From contig NEEC01000480.1 of the NCBI GenBank assembly GCA_002189035.1, positions 1-43,301 on the forward strand: a DNA stretch of 43,301 nucleotides, given 5' to 3'. Below the pieces are notes generated by a model that made no database searches, was not told where the DNA came from, and was given only the letters and a program-made list of their open reading frames with translations. A program made the position numbers and the translations under genes. Position 1 is the first letter of the stretch. Each line of letters opens with the position of its first letter. This document shows positions 1-11,800 of this stretch, one piece after another. Source of the DNA: Utricularia gibba. Its lineage: Eukaryota; Plantae; Magnoliophyta.

Positions 1-110
1 AATTTCGAGAACATGAAGCACATTATTAAATGCAGTCACCACGGAATGCCACGTGAGACACTTTTCGTTGTGGCTTGTTTTTAATATGTCCACAGTTATC
101 GGACAAACGT

Positions 111-136
111 AACTCCAAATTATAATACTTGGAGCT
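111..136 (-). other. Stem-loop present in essentially every unit (minus strand AGCTCCAAGT-ATTATA-ATTTGGAGTT)
   Basis: Perfect inverted repeat CTCCAA (113-118) / TTGGAG (129-134). On the minus strand it extends to 10 pairs with two G-T/U wobbles, which would be C-A mismatches on the plus strand. Function unknown. Confidence 0.6.
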
Positions 137-211
137 CGAAAAGGGCTTCCCAACACTGTGCTATGAAGAGCAAGGATCTGCATGTTATGCAAGAGGTGCT
201 TCGCGGACCAG

Positions 212-242
212 GATGTGCGACGTAGTCATTTCATTGCGCATC
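212..242 (+). other. Predicted hairpin GATGTGCGA / TTGCGCATC in each unit
   Basis: 9 pairs including two G-U, with a 13-nt loop, found by eye. The 5' arm can alternatively pair with GGTGCATCC (252-260). Confidence 0.4.
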
Positions 243-2425
243 ATCATTCGGGGTGCATCCTAAAAATCACACGTGCACCGGATTCATTAAAAATAAATAT
301 TTACGCATATCCAGAGTGTATAACAGTGTTGGGATAAGTGATGCCACGAAATTCATGATGTAGCATGTGACTTTTTTCCAACTTGATCGCATAGTAGATG
401 AATTCTGACACCATATGTTTTGGCTTTTGATTGATGCATTTAGTTGCTATGATACTTCTGATTCTTGATGCACCATTCCCGTATACCATGTCTCTAGTGG
501 CTATTTGATTCTTTTGCCTTGTATGTTGTTCGCATCAATTTCGAGAACATGAAGCACATTATTAAATGCAGTCACCACGGAATGCCACGTGAGACACTTT
601 TCGTTGTGGCTTGTTTTTAATATGTCCACAGTTATCGGACAAACGTAACTCCAAATTATAATACTTGGAGCTCGAAAAGGGCTTCCAACAGTGTGCTATG
701 AAGAGCAAGGATCTGCATGTTATGCAAGAGGTGCTTCGCGGACCAGGATGTGCGACGTAGTCATTTCATTGCGCATCATCATTCGGGGTGCATCCTAAAA
801 ATCACACGTGCACGGGATTCATTAAAAATAAATATTTACGCATATCCAGATATAACAGTGTTGGGATAAGTGATGCCACGAAATTCATGATGTAGCATGT
901 GACTTTTTTCCAACTTGATCGCATAGTAGATGAATTCTGACACCATATGTTTTGGCTTTTGATTGATGCATTTAGTTGCTATGATACTTCTGATTCTTGA
1001 TGCACCATTCCCGTATACCATGTCTCTAGTGGCTATTTGATTCTTTTGCCTTGTATGTTTTCGCATCAATTTCGAGAACATGAAGCACATTATTAAATGC
1101 AATCACCACGGAATGCCACGTGAGACACTTTTCGTTGTGGCTTGTTTTTAATATGTCCACAGTTATCGGACAAACGTAACTCCAAATTATAATACTTGGA
1201 GCTCGAAAAGGGCTTCCCAACAGTGTGCTATGAAGAGCAAGGATCTGCATGTTATGCAAGAGGTGCTTCGCGGACCAGGATGTGCGACGTAGTCATTTCA
1301 TTGCGCATCATCATTCGGGGTGCATCCTAAAAATCACACGTGCACGGGATTCATTAAAAAAAATATTTACGCATATCCAGAGTGTATAACAGTGTTGGGA
1401 TAAGTGATGCACGAAATTCATGATGTAGCATGTGACTTTTTTCCAACTTGATCGCATAGTAGATGAATTCTGACACCATATTTTGGCTTTGATTGATGCA
1501 TTTAGTTGCTATGATACTTCTGATTCTTGATGCACATTCCTATACCATGTCTCTAGTGGCTATTTGATTCTTTTGCCTTGTATGTTGTTCGCATCAATTT
1601 CGAGAACATGAAGCACATTATTAAATGCAGTCACCACGGAATGCACGTGAGACACTTTCGTTGTGGCTTGTTTTAATATGTCCACAGTTATCGGACAAAC
1701 GTAACTCCAAATTATAATACTTGGAGCTCGAAAAGGGCTTCCCAACAGTGTGCTATGAAGAGCAAGGATCTGCATGTTATGCAAGAGGTGCTTCGCGGAC
1801 CAGGATGTGCGACGTAGTCATTTCATTGCGCATCATCATTCGGGGTGCATCCTAAAAATCACACGTGCACGGGATTCATTAAAAATAAATATTTACGCAT
1901 ATCCAGAGTGTATAACAGTGTTGGGATAAGTGATGCCACGAAATTCATGATGTAGCATGTGACTTTTTTCCAACTTGATCGCATAGTAGATGAATTCTGA
2001 CACCATATGTTTTGGCTTTTGATTGATGCATTTAGTTGCTATGATACTTCTGATTCTTGATGCACCATTCCCGTATACCATGTCTCTAGTGGCTATTTGA
2101 TTCTTTTGCCTTGTATTGTTCGCATCAATTTCGAGAACATGAAGCACATTATTAAATGCAGTCACCACGGAATGCCACGTGAGACACTTTTCGTTGTGGC
2201 TTGTTTTTAATATGTCCACAGTTATCGGACAAACGTAACTCCAAATTATAATACTTGGAGCTCGAAAAGGGCTTCCCAACAGTGTGCTATGAAGAGCAAG
2301 GATCTGCATGTTATGCAAGAGGTGCTTCGCGGACCAGGATGTGCGACGTAGTCATTTCATTGCGCATCATCATTCGGGGTGCATCCTAAAAATCACACGT
2401 GCACGGATTCATTAAAAATAAATAT

Positions 2426-2614
2426 TTACGCATATCCAGAGTGTATAACAGTGTTGGGATAAGTGATGCCACGAAATTCATGATGTAGCATGTGACTTTT
2501 TTCCAACTTGATCGCATAGTAGATGAATTCTGACACCATATGTTTTGGCTTTTGATTGATGCATTTAGTTGCTATGATACTTCTGATTCTTGATGCACCA
2601 TTCCCGTATACCAT
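2426..2614 (-). CDS. Possible 62-aa small ORF (MVYGNGASRIRS...HSGYA), one per unit; coding status unsupported
   Basis: ATG start and TAA stop; recurs intact in many copies (301-489, 6133-6321, 7725-7913, 25798-25986 etc.). No motif I recognise and no clear Shine-Dalgarno. Confidence 0.15.
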   Translation of the reverse strand: MVYGNGASRIRSIIATKCINQKPKHMVSEFIYYAIKLEKSHMLHHEFRGITYPNTVIHSGYA

Positions 2615-2625
2615 GTCTCTAGTGG

Positions 2626-2853
2626 CTATTTGATTCTTTTGCCTTGTATGTTGTTCGCATCAATTTCGAGAACATGAAGCACATTATTAAATGCAGTCAC
2701 CACGGAATGCCACGTGAGACACTTTTCGTTGTGGCTTGTTTTTAATATGTCCACAGTTATCGGACAAACGTAACTCCAAATTATAATACTTGGAGCTCGA
2801 AAAGGGCTTCCCAACAGTGTGCTATGAAGAGCAAGGATCTGCATGTTATGCAA
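2626..2853 (-). CDS. Possible 75-aa small ORF (MHNMQILALHS...QGKRIK), one per unit; coding status unsupported
   Basis: Called from a TTG start (first ATG three codons later) with a TAG stop. Recurs at 6333-6560, 7925-8152, 8458-8685. No recognised motif and no RBS. Confidence 0.12.
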   Translation of the reverse strand: MHNMQILALHSTLLGSPFRAPSIIIWSYVCPITVDILKTSHNEKCLTWHSVVTAFNNVLHVLEIDANNIQGKRIK

Positions 2854-5800
2854 GAGGTGCTTCGCGGACCAGGATGTGCGACGTAGTCATTCATTGCGCA
2901 TCATCATTCGGGGTGCATCCTAAAAATCACACGTGCACGGGATTCATTAAAAATAAATATTTACGCATATCCAGAGTGTATAACAGTGTTGGGATAAGTG
3001 ATGCCACGAAATTCATGATGTAGCATGTGACTTTTTTCCAACTTGATCGCATAGTAGATGAATTCTGACACCATATGTTTGGCTTTGATTGATGCATTTA
3101 GTTGCTATGATACTTCTGATTCTTGATGCACCATTCCCGTATACCATGTCTCTAGTGGCTATTTGATTCTTTTGCCTTGTATGTTGTTCGCATCAATTTC
3201 GAGAACATGAAGCACATTATTAAATGCAGTCACCACGGAATGCCACGTGAGACACTTTTCGTTGTGGCTTGTTTTAATATGTCCACAGTTATCGGACAAA
3301 CGTAACTCCAAATTATAATACTTGGAGCTCGAAAAGGGCTTCCCAACACTGTGCTATGAAGAGCAAGGATCTGCATGTTATGCAAGAGGTGCTTCGCGGA
3401 CCAGGATGTGCGACGTAGTCATTTCATTGCGCATCATCATTCGGGGTGCATCCTAAAAATCACACGTGCACGGATTCATTAAAAATAAATATTTACGCAT
3501 ATCCAGAGTGTATAAAAGTGTTGGGATAAGTGATGCACGAAATTCATGATGTAGCATGTGACTTTTTTCCAACTTGATCGCATAGTAGATGAATTCTGAC
3601 ACCATATGTTTTGGCTTTTGATTGATGCATTTAGTTGCTATGATACTTCTGATTCTTGATGCACCATTCCGTATACCATGTCTCTAGTGGCTATTTGATT
3701 CTTTTGCCTTGTATGTTGTTCGCATCAATTTCGAGAACATGAAGCACATTATTAAATGCAGTCACCACGGAATGCCACGTGAGACACTTTTCGTTGTGGC
3801 TTGTTTTTAATATGTCCACAGTTATCGGACAAACGTAACTCCAAATTATAATACTTGGAGCTCGAAAAGGGCTTCCCAACAGTGCTATGAAGAGCAAGGA
3901 TCTGCATGTTATGCAAGAGGTGCTTCGCGGACCAGGATGTGCGACGTAGTCATTTCATTGCGCATCATCATTCGGGGTGCATCCTAAAAATCACACGTGC
4001 ACGGATTCATTAAAAATAAATATTTACGCATATCCAGAGTGTATAACAGTGTTGGGATAAGTGATGCACGAAATTCATGATGTAGCATGTGACTTTTTTC
4101 CAACTTGATCGCATAGTAGATGAATTCTGACACCATATGTTTTGGCTTTTGATTGATGCATTAGTTGCTATGATACTTCTGATTCTTGATGCACCATTCC
4201 CGTATACCATGTCTCTAGTGGCTATTTGATTCTTTTGCTTGTATGTTGTTCGCATCAATTTCGAGAACATGAAGCACATTATTAAATGCAGTCACCACGG
4301 AATGCCACGTGAGACACTTTTCGTTGTGGCTTGTTTTTAATATGTCCACAGTTATCGGACAAACGTAACTCCAAATTATAATACTTGGAGCTCGAAAAGG
4401 GCTTCCCAACACTGTGCTATGAAGAGCAAGGATCTGCATGTTATGCAAGAGGTGCTTCGCGACCAGGATGTGCGACGTAGTCATTTCATTGCGCATCATC
4501 ATTCGGGGTGCATCCTAAAATCACACGTGCACGGGATTCATTAAAAATAAATATTTACGCATATCCAGAGTGTATAACAGTGTTGGATAAGTGATGCACG
4601 AAATTCATGATGTAGCATGTGACTTTTTTCCAACTTGATCGCATAGTAGATGAATTCTGACACCATATGTTTTGGCTTTTGATTGATGCATTTAGTTGCT
4701 ATGATACTTCTGATTCTTGATGCACCATTCCCGTATACCATGTCTCTAGTGGCTATTTGATTCTTTTGCCTTGTATGTTGTTCGCATCAATTTCGAGAAC
4801 ATGAAGCACATTATTAAATGCAGTCACCACGGAATGCCAAGACACTTTTCGTTGTGGCTTGTTTTAATATGTCCACAGTTATCGGACAAACGTAACTCCA
4901 AATTATAATACTTGGAGCTCGAAAAGGGCTGTGCTATGAAGAGCAAGGATCTGCATGTTATGCAAGAGGTGCTTCGCGGACCAGGATGTGCGACGTAGTC
5001 ATTTCATTGCGCATCATCATTCGGGGTGCATCCTAAAAATCACACGTGCACGGGATTCATTAAAAATAAATATTTACGCATATCCAGAGTGTATAACAGT
5101 GTTGGGATAAGTGATGCACGAAATTCATGATGTAGCATGTGACTTTTTTCCAACTTGATCGCATAGTAGATGAATTCTGACACCATATGTTTTGGCTTTT
5201 GATTGATGCATTTAGTTGCTATGATACTTCTGATTCTTGATGCACCATTCCCGTATACCATGTCTCTAGTGGCTATTTGATCTTTTGCCTTGTATGTTGT
5301 TCGCATCAATTTCGAGAACATGAAGCACATTATTAAATGCAGTCACCACGGAATGCCACGTGAGACACTTTTCGTTGTGGCTTGTTTTAATATGTCCACA
5401 GTTATCGGACAAACGTAACTCCAAATTATAATACTTGGAGCTCGAAAAGGGCTTCCCAACATGTGCTATGAAGAGCAAGGATCTGCATGTTATGCAAGAG
5501 GTGCTTCGCGGACCAGGATGTGCGACGTAGTCATTTCATTGCGCATCATCATTCGGGTGCATCCTAAAAATCACACGTGCACGGGATTCATTAAAAATAA
5601 TATTTACGCATATCCAGAGTGTATAACAGTGTTGGGATAAGTGATGCACGAAATTCATGATGTAGCATGTGACTTTTTTCCAACTTGATCGCATAGTAGA
5701 TGAATTCTGACACCATATGTTTTGGCTTTGATTGATGCATTTAGTTGCTATGATACTTCTGATTCTTGATGCACCATTCCGTATACCATGTCTCTAGTGG

Positions 5801-8800
5801 CTATTTGATTCTTTGCCTTGTATGTTGTTCGCATCAATTTCGAGAACATGAAGCACATTATTAAATGCAGTCACCACGGAATGCCACGTGAGACACTTTT
5901 CGTTGTGGCTTGTTTTAATATGTCCACAGTTATCGGACAAACGTAACTCCAAATTATAATACTTGGAGCTCGAAAGGGCTTCCCAACAGTGTGCTATGAA
6001 GAGCAAGGATCTGCATGTTATGCAAGAGGTGCTTCGCGGACCAGGATGTGCGACGTAGTCATTTCATTGCGCATCATCATTCGGGGTGCATCCTAAAAAT
6101 CACACGTGCACGGATTCATTAAAAATAAATATTTACGCATATCCAGAGTGTATAACAGTGTTGGGATAAGTGATGCCACGAAATTCATGATGTAGCATGT
6201 GACTTTTTTCCAACTTGATCGCATAGTAGATGAATTCTGACACCATATGTTTTGGCTTTTGATTGATGCATTTAGTTGCTATGATACTTCTGATTCTTGA
6301 TGCACCATTCCCGTATACCATGTCTCTAGTGGCTATTTGATTCTTTTGCCTTGTATGTTGTTCGCATCAATTTCGAGAACATGAAGCACATTATTAAATG
6401 CAGTCACCACGGAATGCCACGTGAGACACTTTTCGTTGTGGCTTGTTTTTAATATGTCCACAGTTATCGGACAAACGTAACTCCAAATTATAATACTTGG
6501 AGCTCGAAAAGGGCTTCCCAACAGTGTGCTATGAAGAGCAAGGATCTGCATGTTATGCAAGAGGTGCTTCGCGGACCAGGATGTGCGACGTAGTCATTTC
6601 ATTGCGCATCATCATTCGGGGTGCATCCTAAAAATCACACGTGCACGGGATTCATTAAAAATAAATATTTACGCATATCCAGAGTGTATAACAGTGTTGG
6701 GATAAGTGATGCCACGAAATTCATGATGTAGCATGTGACTTTTTTCCAACTTGATCGCATAGTAGATGAATTCTGACACCATATGTTTTGGCTTTGATTG
6801 ATGCATTTAGTTGCTATGATACTTCTGATTCTTGATGCACCATTCCCGTATACCATGTCTCTAGTGGCTATTTGATTCTTTTGCCTTGTATGTTGTTCGC
6901 ATCAATTTCGAGAACATGAAGCACATTATTAAATGCAGTCACCACGGAATGCCACGTGAGACACTTTTCGTTGTGGCTTGTTTTAATATGTCCACAGTTA
7001 TCGGACAAACGTAACTCCAAATTATAATACTTGGAGCTCGAAAAGGGCTTCCCAACAGTGTGCTATGAAGAGCAAGGATCTGCATGTTGCAAGAGGTGCT
7101 TCGCGGACCAGGATGTGCGACGTAGTCATTTCATTGCGCATCATCATTCGGGGTGCATCCTAAAAATCACACGTGCACGGGATTCATTAAAAATAAATAT
7201 TTACGCATATCCAGAGTGTATAACAGTGTTGGGATAAGTGATGCACGAAATTCATGATGTAGCATGTGACTTTTTTCCAACTTGATCGCATAGTAGATGA
7301 ATTCTGACACCATATGTTTTGGCTTTGATTGATGCATTTAGTTGCTATGATACTTCTGATTCTTGATGCACCATTCCCGCCATGTCTCTAGTGGCTATTT
7401 GATTCTTTTGCCTTGTATGTTGTTCGCATCAATTTCGAGAACATGAAGCACATTATTAAATGCAGTCACCACGGAATGCCACGTGAGACACTTTTCGTTG
7501 TGGCTTTTTAATATGTCCACAGTTATCGGACAAACGTAACTCCAAATTATAATACTTGGAGCTCGAAAGGGCTTCCAACAGTGTGCTATGAAGAGCAAGG
7601 ATCTGCATGTTATGCAAGAGGTGCTTCGCGGACCAGGATGTGCGACGTAGTCATTTCATTGCGCATCATCATTCGGGGTGCATCCTAAAAATCACACGTG
7701 CACGGGATTCATTAAAATAAATATTTACGCATATCCAGAGTGTATAACAGTGTTGGGATAAGTGATGCCACGAAATTCATGATGTAGCATGTGACTTTTT
7801 TCCAACTTGATCGCATAGTAGATGAATTCTGACACCATATGTTTTGGCTTTTGATTGATGCATTTAGTTGCTATGATACTTCTGATTCTTGATGCACCAT
7901 TCCCGTATACCATGTCTCTAGTGGCTATTTGATTCTTTTGCCTTGTATGTTGTTCGCATCAATTTCGAGAACATGAAGCACATTATTAAATGCAGTCACC
8001 ACGGAATGCCACGTGAGACACTTTTCGTTGTGGCTTGTTTTTAATATGTCCACAGTTATCGGACAAACGTAACTCCAAATTATAATACTTGGAGCTCGAA
8101 AAGGGCTTCCCAACAGTGTGCTATGAAGAGCAAGGATCTGCATGTTATGCAAGAGGTGCTTCGCGGACCAGGATGTGCGACGTAGTCATTTCATTGCGCA
8201 TCATCATTCGGGGTGCATCCTAAAAATCACACGTGCACGGATTCATTAAAAATAAATATTTACGCATATCCAGAGTTATAACAGTGTTGGGATAAGTGAT
8301 GCCACGAAATTCATGATGTAGCATGTGACTTTTTTCCAACTTGATCGCATAGTAGATGAATTCTGACACCATATGTTTGGCTTTTGATTGATGCATTTAG
8401 TTGCTATGATACTTCTGATTCTTGATGCACCATTCCCGTATACCATGTCTCTAGTGGCTATTTGATTCTTTTGCCTTGTATGTTGTTCGCATCAATTTCG
8501 AGAACATGAAGCACATTATTAAATGCAGTCACCACGGAATGCCACGTGAGACACTTTTCGTTGTGGCTTGTTTTTAATATGTCCACAGTTATCGGACAAA
8601 CGTAACTCCAAATTATAATACTTGGAGCTCGAAAAGGGCTTCCCAACAGTGTGCTATGAAGAGCAAGGATCTGCATGTTATGCAAGAGGTGCTTCGCGGA
8701 CCAGGATGTGCGACGTAGTCATTCATTGCGCATCATCATTCGGGGTGCATCCTAAAAATCACACGTGCACGGGATTCATTAAAAATAAATATTTACGCAT

Positions 8801-11800
8801 ATCCAGAGTGTATAACAGTGTTGGGATAAGTGATGCACGAAATTCATGATGTAGCATGTGACTTTTTTCCAACTTGATCGCATAGTAGATGAATTCTGAC
8901 ACCATATGTTTTGGCTTTTGATTGATGCATTTAGTTGCTATGATACTTCTGATTCTTGATGCACCATTCCCGTATACCATGTCTCTAGTGGCTATTTGAT
9001 TCTTTTGCCTTGTATGTTGTTCGCATCAATTTCGAGAACATGAAGCACATTATTAAAATGCAGTCACCACGGAATGCCACGTGAGACACTTTTCGTTGTG
9101 GCTTGTTTTTAATATGTCCACAGTTATCGGACAAACGTAACTCCAAATTATAATACTTGGAGCTCGAAAAGGGCTTCCAACAGTGTGCTATGAAGAGCAA
9201 GGATCTGCATGTTATGCAAGAGGTGCTTCGCGGACCAGGATGTGCGACGTAGTCATTTCATTGCGCATCATCATTCGGGGTGCATCCTAAAAATCACACG
9301 TGCACGGGATTCATTAAAAATAAATATTTACGCATATCCAGAGTGTATAACAGTGTTGGGATAAGTGATGCCACGAAATTCATGATGTAGCATGTGACTT
9401 TTTTCCAACTTGATCGCATAGTAGATGAATTCTGACACCATATGTTTTGGCTGATTGATGCATTTAGTTGCTATGATACTTCTGATTCTTGATGCACCAT
9501 TCCCGTATACCATGTCTCTAGTGGCTATTTGATTCTTTTGCCTTGTATGTTGTTCGCATCAATTTCGAGAACATGAAGCACATTATTAAATGCATCACCA
9601 CGGAATGCCACGTGAGACACTTTTCGTTGTGGCTTGTTTTAATATGTCCACAGTTATCGGACAAACGTAACTCCAAATTATAATACTTGGAGCTCGAAAA
9701 GGGCTTCCAACAGTGCTATGAAGAGCAAGGATCTGCATGTTATGCAAGAGGTGCTTCGCGGACCAGGATGTGCGACGTAGTCATTTCATTGCGCATCATC
9801 ATTCGGGGTGCATCCTAAAAATCACACGTGCACGGATTCATTAAAATAAATATTTACGCATATCCAGAGTGTATAACAGTGTTGGGATAAGTGATGCACG
9901 AAATTCATGATGTAGCATGTGACTTTTTTCCAACTTGATCGCATAGTAGATGAATTCTGACACCATATGTTTTGGCTTTTGATTGATGCATTTAGTTGCT
10001 ATGATACTTCTGATTCTTGATGCACCATTCCGTATACCATGTCTCTAGTGGCTATTTGATTCTTTTGCCTTGTATGTTGTTCGCATCAATTTCGAGAACA
10101 TGAAGCACATTATTAAATGCAGTCACCACGGAATGCCACGTGAGACACTTTTCGTTGTGGCTTGTTTTTAATATGTCCACAGTTATCGGACAAACGTAAC
10201 TCCAAATTATAATACTTGGAGCTCGAAAAGGGCTTCCAACAGTGTGCTATGAAGAGCAAGGATCTGCATGTTATGCAAGCTTCGCGGACCAGGATGTGCG
10301 ACGTAGTCATTCATTGCGCATCATCATTCGGGGCATCCTAAAAATCACACGTGCACGGATTCATTAAAAATAAATATTACGCATATCCAGAGTGTATAAC
10401 AGTGTTGGGATAAGTGATGCACGAAATTCATGATGTAGCATGTGACTTTTTTCCAACTTGATCGCATAGTAGATGAATTCTGACACCATGTTTTGGCTTT
10501 TGATTGATGCATTTAGTTGCTATGATACTTCTGATTCTTGATGCACCATTCCCGTATACCATGTCTCTAGTGGCTATTTGATTCTTTTGCCTTGTATGTT
10601 GTTCGCATCAATTTCGAGTGAAGCACATTATTAAATGCATCACCACGGAATGCCACGTGAGACACTTTTCGTTGTGGCTTGTTTTTAATATGTCCACAGT
10701 TATCGGACAAACGTAACTCCAAATTATAATACTTGGAGCTCGAAAGGGCTTCCAACAGTGTGCTATGAAGAGCAAGGATCTGCATGTTATGCAAGAGGTG
10801 CTTCGCGGACCAGGATGTGCGACGTAGTCATTTCATTGCGCATCATCATTCGGGGTGCATCCTAAAAATCACACGTGCACGGGATTCATTAAAAATAAAT
10901 ATTTACGCATATCCAGAATATAACAGTGTTGGGATAAGTGATGCCACGAAATTCATGATGTAGCATGTGACTTTTTTCCAACTTGATCGCATAGTAGATG
11001 AATCTGACACCATATGTTTTGGCTTTGATTGATGCATTTAGTTGCTATGATACTTCTGATTCTTGATGCACCATTCCCGTATACCATGTCTCTAGTGGCT
11101 ATTTGATTCTTTTGCCTTGTATGTTGTTCGCATCAATTTCGAGAACATGAAGCACATTATTAAATGCAGTCACCACGGAATGCACGTGAGACACTTTTCG
11201 TTGTGGCTTGTTTTTAATATGTCCACAGTTATCGGACAAACGTAACTCCAAATTATAATACTTGGAGCTCGAAAAGGGCTTCCAACAGTGTGCTATGAAG
11301 AGCAAGGATCTGCATGTTATGCAAGAGGTGCTTCGCGGACCAGGATGTGCGACGTAGTCATTTCATTGCGCATCATCATTCGGGGTGCATCCTAAAAATC
11401 ACACGTGCACGGGATTCATTAAAAATAATATTTACGCATATCCAGAGTGTATAACAGTGTTGGGATAAGTGATGCCACGAAATTCATGATGTAGCATGTG
11501 ACTTTTTTCCAACTTGATCGCATAGTAGATGAATTCTGACACCATATGTTTTGGCTTTGATTGATGCATTTAGTTGCTATGATACTTCTGATTCTTGATG
11601 CACCATTCCCGTATACCATGTCTCTAGTGGCTATTTGATTCTTTTGCCTTGTATGTTGTTCGCATCAATTTCGAGAACATGAAGCACATTATTAAATGCA
11701 GTCACCACGGAATGCCACGTGAGACACTTTTCGTTGTGGCTTGTTTTTAATATGTCCACAGTTATCGGACAAACGTAACTCCAAATTATAATACTTGGAG

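Larger units (their letters stand above)
1..536. repeat. Representative full-length monomer (longest copy, close to consensus). Phase is arbitrary if the template is circular.
   Basis: This copy keeps the longer form of most homopolymers. It differs from the majority at two sites (CACTGTG vs CAGTGTG at 156; CACCGG vs CACGGG near 279). About 217/536 G+C by hand count. The true length could be 1-2 nt longer if homopolymers are under-called. Confidence 0.9.

Noticed and set aside
48-55. GCCACGTG G-box/E-box and a second CACGTG at 270-275
   Set aside because: Short motifs with no gene or taxonomic context to support a regulatory role.
119-126. ATTATAAT gives a perfect TATAAT -10 box on both strands
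   Set aside because: There is no credible -35 hexamer at 16-18 bp and no extended -10 TG on either strand. It is common in AT-rich DNA.
86-340. DnaA-box-like 9-mers (ATGTCCACA at 86-94; TTGGGATAA at 329-337)
   Set aside because: Each is only 7/9 to TTATCCACA, and they are not clustered.
131-417. Several 6-7 bp restriction sites (GAGCTC, GAAGAGC, GAATTC, CATATG) suggesting a synthetic construct
   Set aside because: They are scattered rather than grouped as a polylinker, and no vector elements are visible. A synthetic origin is not excluded but is not supported by these sites.
1-536. Hammerhead ribozyme or viroid-like rod
   Set aside because: I found no CTGANGA core on either strand and no end-to-end self-complementarity by eye. 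A covariance-model search is still needed to exclude other ribozymes.
1-536. Kinetoplast minicircle, rDNA/tRNA repeat, or library adapter/splint
   Set aside because: There is no GGGGTTGGTGTA block, no recognisable rRNA or tRNA sequence, and no poly(A) or primer sequence that I recognise.
1893-2318. 141-aa ORF, the longest in the window
   Set aside because: It exists only because this copy lacks one base near 2115 (TATGTTGTT read as TATTGTT). The majority of copies split it.
10372-10380. AAATATTAC, a CRESS-type nonamer match
   Set aside because: It appears in only this copy through loss of one T. The consensus is TAAATATTTAC.
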